DNA from: Ylistrum balloti
Lineage: Eukaryota
Assembly: GCF_031769215.1 (NCBI RefSeq)
Contig: NW_026782600.1
Coordinates: 62,001 to 126,000 of the forward strand
Direction of reading: 5' to 3'
Length of the DNA stretch: 64,000 nt
Shown here: one piece after another, positions 37,861 to 51,908 of the stretch
Numbering within the stretch: position 1 is the first letter of the stretch
Layout: every line of letters starts with the position of its first letter
Notes under the pieces: generated by a model
Told to the model about the DNA's origin: nothing
Databases searched by the model: none
What the model saw: the letters and a program-made list of their open reading frames with translations, nothing else
Translations under genes and position numbers: made by a program

Positions 37861-40800
37861 CTGTAAAGAGAAGCATGTATATAAGTCAAGTTAACAGTTC
37901 CTAATATGCCAAGATAAAGAGTCACAAAATATACAACTATATCATTACAACTTTTTATGATTATTAAAATCATCAGGTACCTGTAATCACAACTTATAGG
38001 ATTTAATTTTTATAAGGAAATCTGGACTGCAGTTTTTAAGAAATTTTCAGAATTGTCATGAAACGACACACTACAATAATCTGTCATTTTAGATTGACTC
38101 ATACATGTATATCTTAGATATGATCCTTCATTTTCTTTCTTTTTTTTCATCTAGTAATATCTTGTTTTATAATCTGTATAGCTAATTACAATGTAAAGAC
38201 AAAGAGAAACCTCTAATGGGATTTGAGAATGATCTTATCTTAATGTTTCAATTCACAAAAAGAAAAAAGTAATAATGAAACTTTAAACTCTTAAAATGTG
38301 CAATGTAGAGGATTTCTAAGATCCTGAACTAGAAACAAACTTAAAATAAGTAAGAAAGTTACCCAAGAAAAAAAGGCATAATCCCTTAAACAGTCTTATC
38401 TATTAGTAATTGAGATTTTTTCATTTAACACTAATTAGGGTTATGAAATATTATATTACCATAATAACCATCAACAAGTCCATGTCTTGTAATAAACCCA
38501 TCTATATCTATTTTCACTGTCCTGAAATAAGCCCAGTCTTGGTTTCAACTTAGGATCTGAATTTTGTCATTTTCACTTACTTCAGGATAAACACTATCTA
38601 GATAAATGCCTATGATAATCAACTACATATCTGATGATTTTAACTCCTCCAAGAGAAAGATTTCAAACATCAATGTCCTTTTATATATCAAACATCAATG
38701 TCCTTTTATATATCAAATAAGTTTATTTCTGTATGACCCCAATATTAAGATTTTCAATTGTATCTTAACAAATAAAAGTAGAGATATATAATTATTTATC
38801 ATACATCAATGAAATATAATGGATTTTACAGGGAAGACCAAATGTAGGTTTTAGATAAATTGCATATGACAATTAAGAATGACCCCCATACAAATCCATA
38901 CTGACAACTACCACACTCATTGTAGTACAGCAATTGTCTAAATATTATTTTGGTATTGCTATAAATATCGCTGGAAACAGGCAATGAAAATTTCCTGTTT
39001 GTATGCTATGTGTATACATGTATATAATTAGATCTTTGTAACCGCATAAGCTTGAATATGGCAGAATCAGGATACTGTCATCACCACAGGCACATCAGTA
39101 TAACTGATTATGGGTCAGGTGAGATCAGATGTATTTTTAACAATTTTTAAAAAACATTTTCAGCTTGTTATCTTCAAAGCTGTTAAACTTTCTATGCACA
39201 GCCCTTTTCCTGTACCAACAAATACATATGGTAACACTACCCACATAATGCTTTAATCAGAAAACAATTTTCCTTTTATAAACCTTATTTTATTTTCATT
39301 TCATCGATAACTCTCGTATCATTAAATGAAACATAATTTTGTATTTCTTAAAACAGCAAACCAGTCTGTGCCCGCATCCTTTTTGCTGACAAAATATCAC
39401 TGGCTGTTGATGGGACAACAAGAGCCAGCAAACAAACCCAGAAGAAGAGTTAAACAATAGAGCTATTGTTTTTATTATTCAAATTAGTATGTTTGTACTA
39501 CATGTACACTCAATGAACTGAATATGACTATAATCAGTCTAAAAAATGTTTGTAGGTGTGCTGTGGCTCTATTAAAATATATTTCACAATTTTCAAACAA
39601 GGCTAATTGCCTTGAAATTGTATTTTTTCAAGATTTTGGGGGAAAGAAAGGGTCTCAGATCAAACCATATGTATTTAAGATCTGTAACTAATTTAGATCA
39701 TTCTATGTGCCAATGGCACCTACAGACACATAGATCCTAACACTTGGCAATGCTACAATATATCTATCACAGTTTGGTACCATACAAGTGCCCATATAAC
39801 ATATGTGCAAGTTGTTGGAGGTTGTACTTGTCACTAAGAATGTTGATAGAACCTGACACAAGGCTACATGTCCAACTCTTGCAACAAGCGAGCTCCCAAC
39901 AGCTACTGTTGATACAAGGTTAAACTCAAGGTCAAAGTATATATCTATACAGTGTATATATAAATCATATCACTACTTCCACAAGTATGATCAGTTCGGA
40001 ATCTTCTTCTACAGTACTACACCAAATGAAGGTCATTGAGTACATCTAGCATAAATATAATCTCCAGTCCTTTACATACAAAAGATCTTGGAGAGAGATT
40101 ATCAAATCAAGGGTTTCACCCAACTTGGCACCTCTATCTGGCCAAGCATAACACTAATCTGAAAACAACCACAGCATGGTGTAAAAACATGTTCTGTATT
40201 TAGATGACCGATTCTGTGACCAGACCAAACAAGAGAAAATGGTATAGAATGCCGGCAAAGTGATCCATGCACTCGATATCTCCAACAAACACTTTCTACC
40301 TCACACTATAGTGTCTTCTAGATCTATTGAGTTTTCCAGTGGAGCAAGGCTAGGACCTGACAATGTTCAAACACCAGTAAATCACAAATAAGCATTGATC
40401 TGCAGCACTTTGTGTCTCTTTTCCTGATCTAATTTGTATCTATGTTCCCTATGGTATCTGAAAGCAGCATTACGCATTAGATTTTACCCTAAATATTTTT
40501 CTTTTAAATATCTTAAGTGTGTCAAACACTGCTTTCAATGAAAACATTCTTACTTATATAACTTATCAATCAGGAACTGGACAAAAATAGGTACAATGTT
40601 GTTGGATATCTGTTTGCTAATTATTGGAAATACCTTAAGGGCAGTCCATCCCTTCTCATCTTATGGGATAAAACTTGATAAACAACTTTTATTTTAATTG
40701 TACAAACACTTACACCACAATAAGCACAGACACTGTAAGTGGCCACAGTACATATAGATCCAGATCTTTTCACACAGTAAATAAAAAATAGATATAGAAA

Positions 40801-41145
40801 TGGATCAAACACATTTCTATCTACAATGTTTGTTTACATCATTCATATTTTCGTTTTAGGTCTACTATCTATGTAATTGGTCATACTAAATATCATTTGT
40901 GCATTTCTTAAATAAAAAATGTGACCTTTTTCTGACAGTTTTGCAAAATGTACAACCCTTTCTTTGTATGGAAACAAGCTACACTTGCACAATTGTGATA
41001 ACATATGGTAATTTATATGTAAACTAGCTTTTACTCGGGAGCACAAGTGACACTTTTTTTTCTCTCTATTAACTTATTTAATTCAATGGCAATGTTGAGT
41101 GTTAAATAATTGATTGTGTTCAATTACAGGAAAACAAAAACTATA

Positions 41146-41299
41146 TATGTAACAATACAAACAATATTTAACAATACAAACAATATGTAACAATACAAAC
41201 AATATTTAACAATACAAACAATATGTAACAATACTAACAATATTTAACAATACAAACAATATGTAACAATACAAACAATATTTAACAATACAAACAATG
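41146..41299. repeat. 19-bp tandem repeat (about 8 copies, alternating variants)
   Basis: aacaatacaaacaatattt alternates with aacaatacaaacaatatgt. Confidence 0.9.
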
Positions 41300-43710
41300 T
41301 ACCTAACTACCATACCAAATGTATTTCTTGATACTCCAAACTTTTAAAACAAAACCTACAATTCTGGACACTCTTAAACTTATTTGTAGTTGTGCATAAA
41401 CATTTACACTATACATGCAAATGTGTAACTGCAGAAGACAGTCCCGTGCACTATGACAGTAAGAATAAAGACCAACAGACATGATAAAAACTCACTAAGA
41501 GCTATTTATATTTAATGAAAACAGGAAGAAAAAGGAAGAAACCTTTGTTCTTTTCCCTTACACTTGGACAATGATAAAAGCTAAAAACCAAGGAATCTAC
41601 AATATTGGTCAATAACACAATCTTTAAATAGTCAGGTTGCATACATATTGCTCAGCAACCAAATCAGTGCCTAATCAATGTCTCTTTGCAAATCAGTGCT
41701 GAACTTTATCACAATCAATATTACAGGGCTGAAAACTTAGACCATCTGAGGATACAAGTTGTCTGGTAGTATGAATTACAAAGTAGACATCTATGGACAT
41801 AAGAGTATTCTCCAGGGTCCAATAAGAAATGGTCAACCACAAATAGTGTGGGTGCAGAAGAATCAACACAGATGTACAAAACAATTTCATTATCTAAAAA
41901 TAGAGGAGTGGCTGAAAGAACAGATTTTACCCTTGGATGTTAATCCCTTGTGCTGTCAAGGTACATTTTTTATGTGATCTGTAGTATTCAAATTGCACCC
42001 CGTTGTTGATGGACTCAAGGAATAAAGGATTTGTGTGTAGATATCAATGATACAGAAACACTGTTGCATGAAAGTTCTTCTTTTTATCTGTATTTGTTCA
42101 TCACATTCTCTACTTTGTGATGCTGAATCAGAACAGCATAAGATGTATAACAATTTAGATTTAAAGATCTTGTTTTTACTTCAGAAGATGTGGACTATAT
42201 TAATATCACTGTTTAAGATTAAAAGACCAGCTATATGTATATATCTAGAACATAGGAAACTATAAGTGATCTCAATCATTTCTAAGTAACTTGTCATCTG
42301 TTACACGTAAAGGGTATATTGTGTGAACTCAGTTTGTAGCAATTTCTAAATGTAAATCTGAGTGCAACTTCTCACACCAACCCCAATATATATAAGTGAA
42401 ACATTTACACCTATGTGTACTTCTGTATTATTTTGTTTTAAAAGATATAATTTTGGATTCTACAGTATACTGTCTTACCCTGAACTACAGACTGTTATCA
42501 GATTTCCTTGTCAGATCATGTCATATCAACAAATGTATAATGTCAATGATGTTAATACTGAGACAACAACAAAGTTGTACAGGTCAGCAAGGCCATAAAG
42601 ATAATCCTTTCCCCGAGATAGGCAGATCCCAACACTTGGTAAAAACTTGGCAAGCATCCGGTTTAGAATGTTCATCATCAGACTGAGAATACTTCTATCT
42701 CACCTCCACAGGGGAGCAACATTCTAGTACTGTCACTGCCCCACACATTCTTAACCAGATTCTAAACTGGGCGAGAACATTTTTTCAGGGGCACATTTTT
42801 CTGACAAATGTAATTCAACCATATATCCATATCATTATATTTGGAACGAAATTTACACAAGTCCCAAAATTAGTATCCTACCCTTCAGCACCAGATATCT
42901 ATACAATGTACATATACGTTGATGTCAATAAACAGAAATAAATGATCAGACTCTTTGAAGAACTTTTATCCAACAATCTAAATGGAAACGACATTGCATT
43001 TATCTCAACCTTTAAGGATTGGTGATGCAATTTATAATTAAGATTTTGTACATTACACATCACAAAACTGTTAGGTAAATGAAAATCCCTTCTAAACAAA
43101 CAACCAATGACTTGAGGAGGCCTTCATACCTAAGGAGAGCCCTGCAATGTTTTTATTCCTGTTAATACAAGTTGCTTACCATATAATGCCAAATCTAGTC
43201 ATCTTTTTAGGGGAAGGTGGCGGTGGCTTAGCAATATTTTCAAAACCTCAAACTTTGTCCTGTTTGGTACTATTTTTACAAGTCAGATACATATCATGTA
43301 CCAAATTAAATATATTTCACTTTGATCGGAAGGTTAAAAATAGGAACTGCTAATCCTATATATATCACCAAACAGATACAGATTTGCCATATGCATGCAT
43401 GTTAGTGTTGGGTGTAGCAATCTGTATAACAGATCTGGTCCAATTTTCCGCCACATATAAACACAAACCTACAAATGGCCAATACCAATACCTGGTTTCA
43501 TCAACAGTTAACGCGTTATCTTTTTCAATAGAGCCACTTGCCCAATTGCCTGGCTTTAGTTTCATGTAAACAACAGTAATATAATTCAGCCAATGTCTAT
43601 TGATAGCTACAATTTGTATATAGCACATGAAATTCTGTGCTTATTCTAATTGTTGCCAGCAATGCAAAGAATATATTATATATAAATTCTTCATTCTTTC
43701 TAATGTTGCT

Positions 43711-44369
43711 ATATCAAATGTTCTGTATATTGATAGCAACATTAGAAGGAATACAGAATTTATATATCAAATGTTCTGTACACTGATAGCAACATTAGAA
43801 GGAATACAGAATTTATATATCAAATGTTCTGTACACTGATAGCAACATTAGAAGGAATACAGAATTTATATATCAAATGTTCTGTACACTGATAGCAACA
43901 TTAGAAGGAATACAGAATTTATATATCAAATGTTCTGTACACTGATAGCAACATTAGAAGGAATACAGAATTTATATATCAAATGTTCTGTACACTATAG
44001 CAACATTAGAAGGAATACAGAATTTATATATCAAATGTTCTGTACACTGATAGCAACATTAGAAGGAATACAGAATTTATATATCAAATGTTCTGTACAC
44101 TGATAGCAACATTAGAAGAATACAGAATTTATATATCAAATGTTCTGTACACTGATAGCAACATTAGAAGGAATACAGAATTTATATATCAAATGTTCTG
44201 TACACTGATAGCAACATTAGAAGGAATACAGAATTTATATATCAAATGTTCTGTACACTGATAGCAACATTAGAAGGAATACAGAATTTATATATCAAAT
44301 GTTCTGTACACTGATAGCAACATTAGAAGGAACACTGATAGCAACATTAGAAGGAATACAGAATTTATA
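43711..44369. repeat. 53-bp minisatellite (about 12.5 near-identical copies)
   Basis: Unit atatcaaatgttctgtacactgatagcaacattagaaggaatacagaatttat; starts at 43711, 43764, 43817 and so on. Confidence 0.97.
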
Positions 44370-46499
44370 ATATCTATATTTACAACACATATAGTCATCA
44401 TTTTAATAAAAGTATAAATAAAAACAGAAATTATGATTTAATAAACTCTGAAGGAAGCATACAGTGAGTGCATCTGTAGAATTGTTTGGGGTACTGAGAC
44501 ATTTCATGATCTGTCCATTTATTGTGTCCAATAAAGGATAATAAGATCCAGCTGCCATTCAAGGAATGTCCTGTCAATGTTCAATGTTTTTGAGGTGGCC
44601 TGTCATTGTCATGTATGACAGGAATGTTATAAGATTTCACTCACAGATAAGCGGGTTGGCAGAGAGAACCTTATCCTAATATCTAATAGTTGTGACAATG
44701 TCCTGCATTGACAACTTAGTTTAGTTTTTCTCTGAATCTGCATATCATTGTCATTCACAACAACTCTGGTAAACATACTACATTTGGCAGCAATTTAGCC
44801 AAAAAAGTATGAAATAAGGACTAATTAGTTCTAAGAAAATACCTCCAATCTCACAACTGACAGTTTCAGAAGGCGTCTGACATCACCTTTGATTAAATTA
44901 TGCAATGGAATGGTGAAAAAACGAAATGTTTACCGGATAACCAACTTAGACTAATTACGGAAACATAACAAGATAACTAGCCTTCAGCGTTGAATTCTGT
45001 CGTAGGATGTTAAAAGCATTGTACTGTACTCCCACTGATTCATATGCTGTTCAATTTTAAAATACAAATATATAACAAATTGAGATTGATAGACTGGAAA
45101 AAAATTTAAGTTTATCATACACTTCCACCAAAACCAACTACAAAACATATGTATAGAGATATGTCAATGAGTGTAACAAATCTACTAGTGCAGCACATCC
45201 TTAACTTTATTCTAAAGCACATTCTTGCATTTTCACCTCCCAGTAAATCTTTCTCACATGCATGGAAAGAAAGAGTATTTACTGAGGTGTAAGTAAGTGC
45301 TCATATGATGGCCTAGTTACAAGTTAAGATGAATGTGGTTAAATTATGAAAAGATTAACATTGCTGAGTACAAAATATACCCAATATGGCATAATGTACA
45401 TAATAAAGAAACTAATAAGATGTTATAGTCAATGAGATGAGGCGTGGATAGGGAGAGATTTGAACAGGCTAATGTCTGCATTTGCATTTTGCTTTGTCAA
45501 AATGGTATCTTCACCTACACCTAATACACCATGAACAGACAGGACACTCAAATGATATATGTCTCAACAATCCGGACCTCATACCTTAAGATATATGCAG
45601 CACATACCATTACACATTTCACCTTCAAATAAGGCAAAATGCATAGAAAATGACACGTGAAATATCTAATTTATTCATAGATTATAGACATATATATATT
45701 GCCATATGAATTCATCTTTAAAAAACTAATAATAACGTTTTATCAGAAGTTACAGGAGATTACCTGCATGTAGACACAGACATCACAAATTTAAAGAACT
45801 TTTGCCACACTACCAAATTCTGTGACATTCAAATATTCTCATTTCAAGCTGATCTTCAGAACCCTTAAGTTATATTAAAAATAATCAGTTTCAAGGAATT
45901 GAATTGGTGATCAAGGTCAAGAATTGGGAATCTTGCTTAAAAAATCCTAAAATGAATATATATGTACCCGGTAATGTAATAACACAATGTTAGTTAGAAA
46001 CTTTGTAGTGTTTTATGCCAGATGTAAACATCCAAAACTATATGCTGTTATTTTTTAAAGACAATCTTTCTTTTTATCATCATAATTTTTAATATGAGCT
46101 CATTTTTGGATAAACTATAGTACATATACTATACTACTAATGCTGAAGGTACGTACATGTCAAAATGTAAAGTGTATAAAATCAAGTGTGCTTCAAACAG
46201 AATCAAAACACATTAAATATAGAAAAATTATAATGGGTAGGGCTTATTTAAGTAAATGTGTCAAACAACATCACATAGACCAGGATTTGAAGTTGAACCT
46301 AAAAGATCCTACTCTAGACTGACACTCTCAGCAAAAAACTTGTCGTTCACATTTCTGTTGTCCCTACAGTTACACAATGAGAGTAATACAATGTAAAATG
46401 TATTAAGGACTTATAATTCCAACACCTGCCCATAATTCAAAACCTGGACCACTATATTTGTTTTTTTTTTGCTAGATTTATCGCCTTGCAAACAGCCAA

Positions 46500-46752
46500 T
46501 GTAATCCTAAAGTGGAAAGATATTTTGTAGTAGCTGGTGGCTACCTCACTATACAACATGCTGGAGGCCTGCTGCATGCTATAACATTCAGAGCAACCGG
46601 AATAAAGAGTCTTGCCTAAGGACACATCCACATAGTGCAGGACATTCAAGGCTCTTGTAACTCCTGAGAAACATAAACCACCCTGAGAAGGCATTGAACC
46701 ATACATCTCAGATCTTGGTCTTGATGTTATAAAGTGTGTTGCCACCAACTGA
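46500..46752 (-). mobile_element. Degenerate CORE-type SINE remnant (tentative)
   Basis: Reverse complement contains GTGTCCTTAGGCAAGACTCTTTA, resembling the CORE-SINE core GTGACCTTGGGCAAGTCACTTAA, preceded by a decayed GGTTCAATGCC B-box-like motif. Confidence 0.35.
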
Positions 46753-47267
46753 CATACTGCATTTCCTTTGACCCCAACTGAACTCCAGATCAGAGTACCC
46801 GAAGTCAACTTATACAATGATTTAAGTAGATAATAAACACATATATACCACTACTTGCCAATACTAAACTATCTTTGTGTAGGAAGTATTTAATTAGTTA
46901 TATCTGGCACATCAAAATTGCATGTACACATTCAGTGTACTGTGTGTAACTTCTATATGATAATCCTTCATGTATGCCAGTCTGGGTGGGGTGTTATACA
47001 TCACCGCATATCCCGATTTTAACAGTATCCTATAATAGCTATCATTTCGGTCATTTTCTTTTTAAACGAGTGACAAATTTACTCATACATTGTTACCAGT
47101 AAGAGTTATATCGATAACACCTGGAAAATTGCGAACAGGTGTTTTTCCAAGCCGAACTTTATTGATGTTTATAAATAACAGGAAGTGAATTTTTTCCACT
47201 TCCGGTATGATAAACACTCGGTAATAAGCATATTTTTCATACTTCTTGTCACGTAATGTTAACTTAC

Positions 47268-47862
47268 CAACAGCTGGGGCATCATATGAATCTCCTAGAA
47301 GAATTTCGGGGGCTGAATATGCCAGTGATCCACACGATGTTTCTAAATTTGAACCAGGTTTAAACTGATTACTGAAACCGAAATCGGTCACCTTCACTAT
47401 TCCTAACTTCTCGAAAAATACTACGTTCTCAGGTTTCAGATCTCTGTGTACAACATGTAGGTCATGGCAATAAGATACGGCTTCAACAATTTGTCTAAAA
47501 TATCGTCTGGCAACTTTTTCCTCTAGTCCTTTATTATGTTTCATGATGTAGTCGTACATATCTCCACCATCTCCCAACTCCAGAATCAAGTACAATTTAG
47601 TTTGTGTATCGATCACCTCATAAAGCCGGACAACGTTAGGGTGTTGAACAAGCTTCATACACCTTACTTCTTGGAATAAATGAGCCTTTGAAACATCATC
47701 TAATTTAGTTTTATCGATGACTTTTACCGCTACTTTCTCGCCGGTGAAAACATGTCTTGCAAGTTTGACTACGGCAAAATGGCCTCGGCCGATCGTATCC
47801 TCCATGTCATACAAGCCTGCGATTTTGCCATCGAAATCTTCTCTGTGTCTCCGTGAAGCCAT
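47268..47862 (-). CDS. SNRK: SNF-related serine/threonine kinase, coding exon 1 (595 nt; kinase subdomains I-VIII)
   Basis: Translation [51 protein letters not shown]...HRDLKPEN...DFG...[13 protein letters not shown]...YDAPAV matches the SNRK N-terminus as I recall it ([14 protein letters not shown]-loop). Ends at a G|GTAAG donor (intron starts 47267), phase 1. Confidence 0.98.
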
Positions 47863-47989
47863 GTTCTTTCCTTATTTCCTTTGACTAATTACAAAACTGG
47901 TATCTTACTTAGTCCATCGCGTTGCTAGTGCAAGATCATGCTGACAGTTGCTAACCGTTCTATGAATACACTCCATTTTCGGTAGTATC

Positions 47990-48025
47990 TGTTGCGCACA
48001 GCCATTTGCGCATTACGTCACCAAA
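47990..48025 (-). promoter_or_regulatory. Probable SNRK core promoter motif cluster
   Basis: About 130-160 bp upstream of the ATG in CpG-retaining DNA: TGACGTAA CRE-like site (48013-48020), two TGCGCA NRF1-like half sites and a YY1-like CAGCCATTT, all within about 30 bp. Confidence 0.5.
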
Positions 48026-49827
48026 AATGCGAACTCGAATGTGAATGAACAAGAGGGCAAAATATGAGAGGTCATTATCTAGGCCAAAATTTGGTTTTTA
48101 CCATTTAGGTTATTGTTACTGGGAATATATAGTATACTTACAATTAATTCAAAATAATGATATCATTATGAACGAAAGTATCACTTTATTTGCTACAAGG
48201 GATCTATTTTTAGTATCTGAAATAAGTTACTTTTAATCCGATAAACACTACAGTTGCAAGTCTTCAGAGTATTTTTTTTATACTTTTGTCTCAATTTAAC
48301 TAAATCAACATCCGCACTGGTATGTTAACTCCTCTGAGGTAAATATATACCTATGTTTCTTACAAATTTCAATACTAATTGGTTTACTCTTGGCGATGCA
48401 GATGGATTTATTTCCCATATTTACCTATTTCGAAACAAATTTATTTATTCTAATTTTTGCCAATATGCTTATAAATGCAAAATGAAATCAGGGACGTATG
48501 AAATCAAAACCGCTTATTGTAACACAAACTGACCTACTGCTGACATTTAACAGTTCACCAACAATTCGCCGCCCTGGGACAATTCTATATATAAGCTTAG
48601 GTCTACATACAAAGTGAGATTGATTAGGATATGTACAACGTATGCTTTTTCATACGATATACAAATCATATTGTATATGCGGCTTGATGTTTCTGATAAC
48701 GTAAATAAAACCATTATGAGCCATGGCCCGTATCAAATAATAAAATTCCGATGTCGGTACCCAGTTGATAAGCCGTCTTTAAATCGTAAATATAGTCGTA
48801 AGTAGGAGATTAATTGATTGTGTGTTGTGAGTGGTCCATAAACAGCTATAACTGATATAGATGATAAAAGCCTTACATTTTATTTTACAGCGTACATGCG
48901 CTTGTCTATTTATATCACAACCACATGAAGCAATGGTTTTTATTTAAACAGCGTATAAATTAACTTAATCAATGTTGATATTTACATTGTATTTTTAAAT
49001 GTATACGTAACATGTCATGTATGAAACATAACAATTACAGAATTCGATAAATATGATATGATATCATTTAACTGTGAACTGTTGATGTCGAAAGTTATCA
49101 AGGTCTACAGATGAATCCCATGCTACAATGGACTTTTCATTTAAAGTGCTCTTTATCTAATACCTTATTGAAGTCTTTTTTAATCTATTAATTTCAATAA
49201 GTTAAATAAAGAGGTTAGTGAATGAAAATAAAAACCAGTTACATGATAATCGATAATGGTCTTTTTGATACGAGGTTTAACAATTACTTCGGTGTGTAAT
49301 GTAAAAGACAGAAAGCGATACTTTACTGGGAAAAGGCGGGAAAAGGCTGTAAAACTTCGTGATTTGATTTACATGTTGTCGATACTTTCCTGTCCTTTCG
49401 AGTTGTCTTTCTTATACCATGATATTTAACTGTATCCATGGAGGCCGGTGGTGTTCATGTGATTACAGAAATATCACAACACGGGCACCCCAGTCTAAAA
49501 TTTGAGCTTGCCTGGCACCAACACACCACGAGACATCATTCGACGAAAGGACATATGTGTACCTCTACAGTGACTGTAGTTATACAGCAAATCAAGCCGA
49601 GAAAAATGTATATGTAATGTAGTATTCTAAAGCTGTCTGAAAATCCCTGTCTCATGTTTGATATCAAAAAGTATGAGGAATAGGCAACAGTGCCACATGT
49701 ATTAGCTACGCTGTTTTGCCGACTTACATTGCACATCTGTCAAATTTCCGTAATTTTGGACAGGATGAAACGAGCTTTACGTTGGTTTCTGTAACATTTT
49801 TATGGGGCATTTCACCTGAATATGTCC

Positions 49828-51908
49828 TATATGAGGACGGCTGTTTAGGGAGACAGGATCATATAAAGACGACTGCCTAGGGAAACAGGGTCAAATGAGA
49901 ACGTGTGTCTAGGGAGACAGGGTCATATGAGGACATGGGTCTAGGGAGACCGGGTCATATGAGGACGGCTGTCTAGGGAGACAGGGTCATATGAGGACAT
50001 GTGCCTAGGGAGACAGGGTCATATGAGGACATGTATGTGCCATTGGAAACAAGGTCATCTGAGGACGGTTGTCTAGGGAGACAGGGGTCATATGAGGACA
50101 TGTGTTTAGGGAGGCAGGGTCATATGAGGACATGTGTCTACGGAGACTGGGCGTTATGAGGACGGCTGTCTAGGGAGACAGGGTCATATGAGAACATGTG
50201 TCTAGGGAGACAGGGTCATATGAAGACTGATGTCTAAGGAGACAGGGTCATATGAAGACATGTATGTGCCAAGGGAAACAGGGTCATCTGAGGACGGTTG
50301 TCTAGGGAGACAGGGGTCATATGAGGACATGTGTCTAGGGAGACAGGGTCATATGAGGACGGCTGTCTAGGAAGACAGGGTCAAATGTGGACGGTTGTCT
50401 AGGGAGATACAAACAATTAACATCATATAAAGACGCCTGCCTTTAGAGACAGGGTCATATGATAATGGCTGTCTAGAGAGACAGGGTCATATGAGGACAT
50501 GTGCCTAGGGAGACAGCGTCATATGAGAATGGCTGTCTAGGAAGACAGGGTCATATGAGGACATGTGCCTAGAGAGACCGGGTCATATGAGGACGTGTGT
50601 CTAGGGAGACAGGGTCATATGAGGACATGTGCCTAGGGAGACAGCGTCATATGAGAATGGCTGTCTAGGAAGACAGGGTCATATGAGGACATGTGCCTAG
50701 GGAGACCGGGTCATATGAGGACGTGTGTCTAGGGAGACAGGGTCATATGAAGACGGATGTCTAGGGAGACAGGGTCATATGAGGACGACTGTCTAGGAAG
50801 ACAGGGTCATATGAGAACATGTGTCTAGGGAGACAGGGTCATATAAGGACACGTGTCTAGGGAGACAGGGTCATATGAGGACGGCTGTCTAGGGAGACAG
50901 GGTCATATGAGGACATGTATGTTCCAAGGGAATCAGGGTCATCTGAGGACGGTTGTCTAGGGACACAGGGGTCATATGAGGACATGTGTCTATGGAGACA
51001 GGGTCATATGAGAATGTCTGTCTAGGGAGACAGGGTCATATGAAGACGGATGTCTAGGGAGACAGGGTCATATGAAGACTGATGTCTAAGGAGACAGGGT
51101 CATATGAAGACGGATGTCTTGGGACACAGGGTCATATGAGAACGTGTGCCTATGGAGACAGGGTCATATGAAGACGGGTGTCTAGGGAGACAGGGTTAAA
51201 TGAGGACGACTGTCTAGAAAGACAGGGTCATATGAGGACGGCTGTCTAGGGAGACAGGGTCAAATGAGGACATGTGCCTAGGGAGACCGCGCCATATGAG
51301 GACGGCTGTCTAGGGAGACAGGGTCACATGAGGACGGCTGTCTAGGGAGACAGGGTCATATGAGGACATGTGTCTAGGGAGACAGGGTCATATGATATGT
51401 GCCTAGGGAGACAGGGTCATATGAGGACATGTGCCTAGGGAGACCGGGTCATATGAGGACGTGTGTCTAGGGAGACCGGGCCATATGAGGACGGCTGTCT
51501 AGGGAGACAGGGTCACATGAGGACGGCTGTCTAGGGAGACAGGGTCAAATGAGGACATGTGCCTAGGGAGACCGCGCCATATGAGGACGGCTGTCTAGGG
51601 AGACAGGGTCATATGATATGTGCCTAGGGAGACCGGGTCATATGAGGACATGTACCTAGGGAGACCGGGTCATATGAGGACGTGTGTCTAGGGAGACCGG
51701 GCCATATGAGGACGGCTGTCTAGGGAGACAGGGTCACATGAGGACGGCTGTCTAGGGAGACAGGGTCATATGAGGACATGTGTCTAGGGAGACAGGGTCA
51801 TATGATATGTGCCTAGGGAGACAGGGTCATATGAGGACATGTGCCTAGGGAGACCGGGTCATATGAGGACGTGTGTCTAGGGAGACCGGACCATATGAGG
51901 ACGGCTGT
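49828..51908. repeat. 32-bp satellite (about 64 units)
   Basis: Unit ctagggagacagggtcatatgaggacatgtgt, with gacggctgt and other variants. Confidence 0.97.

Noticed and set aside
39442-39461. 9-bp perfect inverted repeat aaacaatag-ag-ctattgttt
   Set aside because: AT-rich, with a 2-nt loop, and isolated; expected by chance in 64 kb.
42575-42690. TGATGA...CTGA box C/D-like pair on the minus strand
   Set aside because: No terminal stem or recognisable rRNA-complementary guide; such motifs are frequent by chance.
47083-47267. C-terminal 60 aa of the 259-aa track ORF (GKLTLRDKK...)
   Set aside because: Read-through into intron 1 past the GTAAG donor; kinase similarity ends at YDAPAV.
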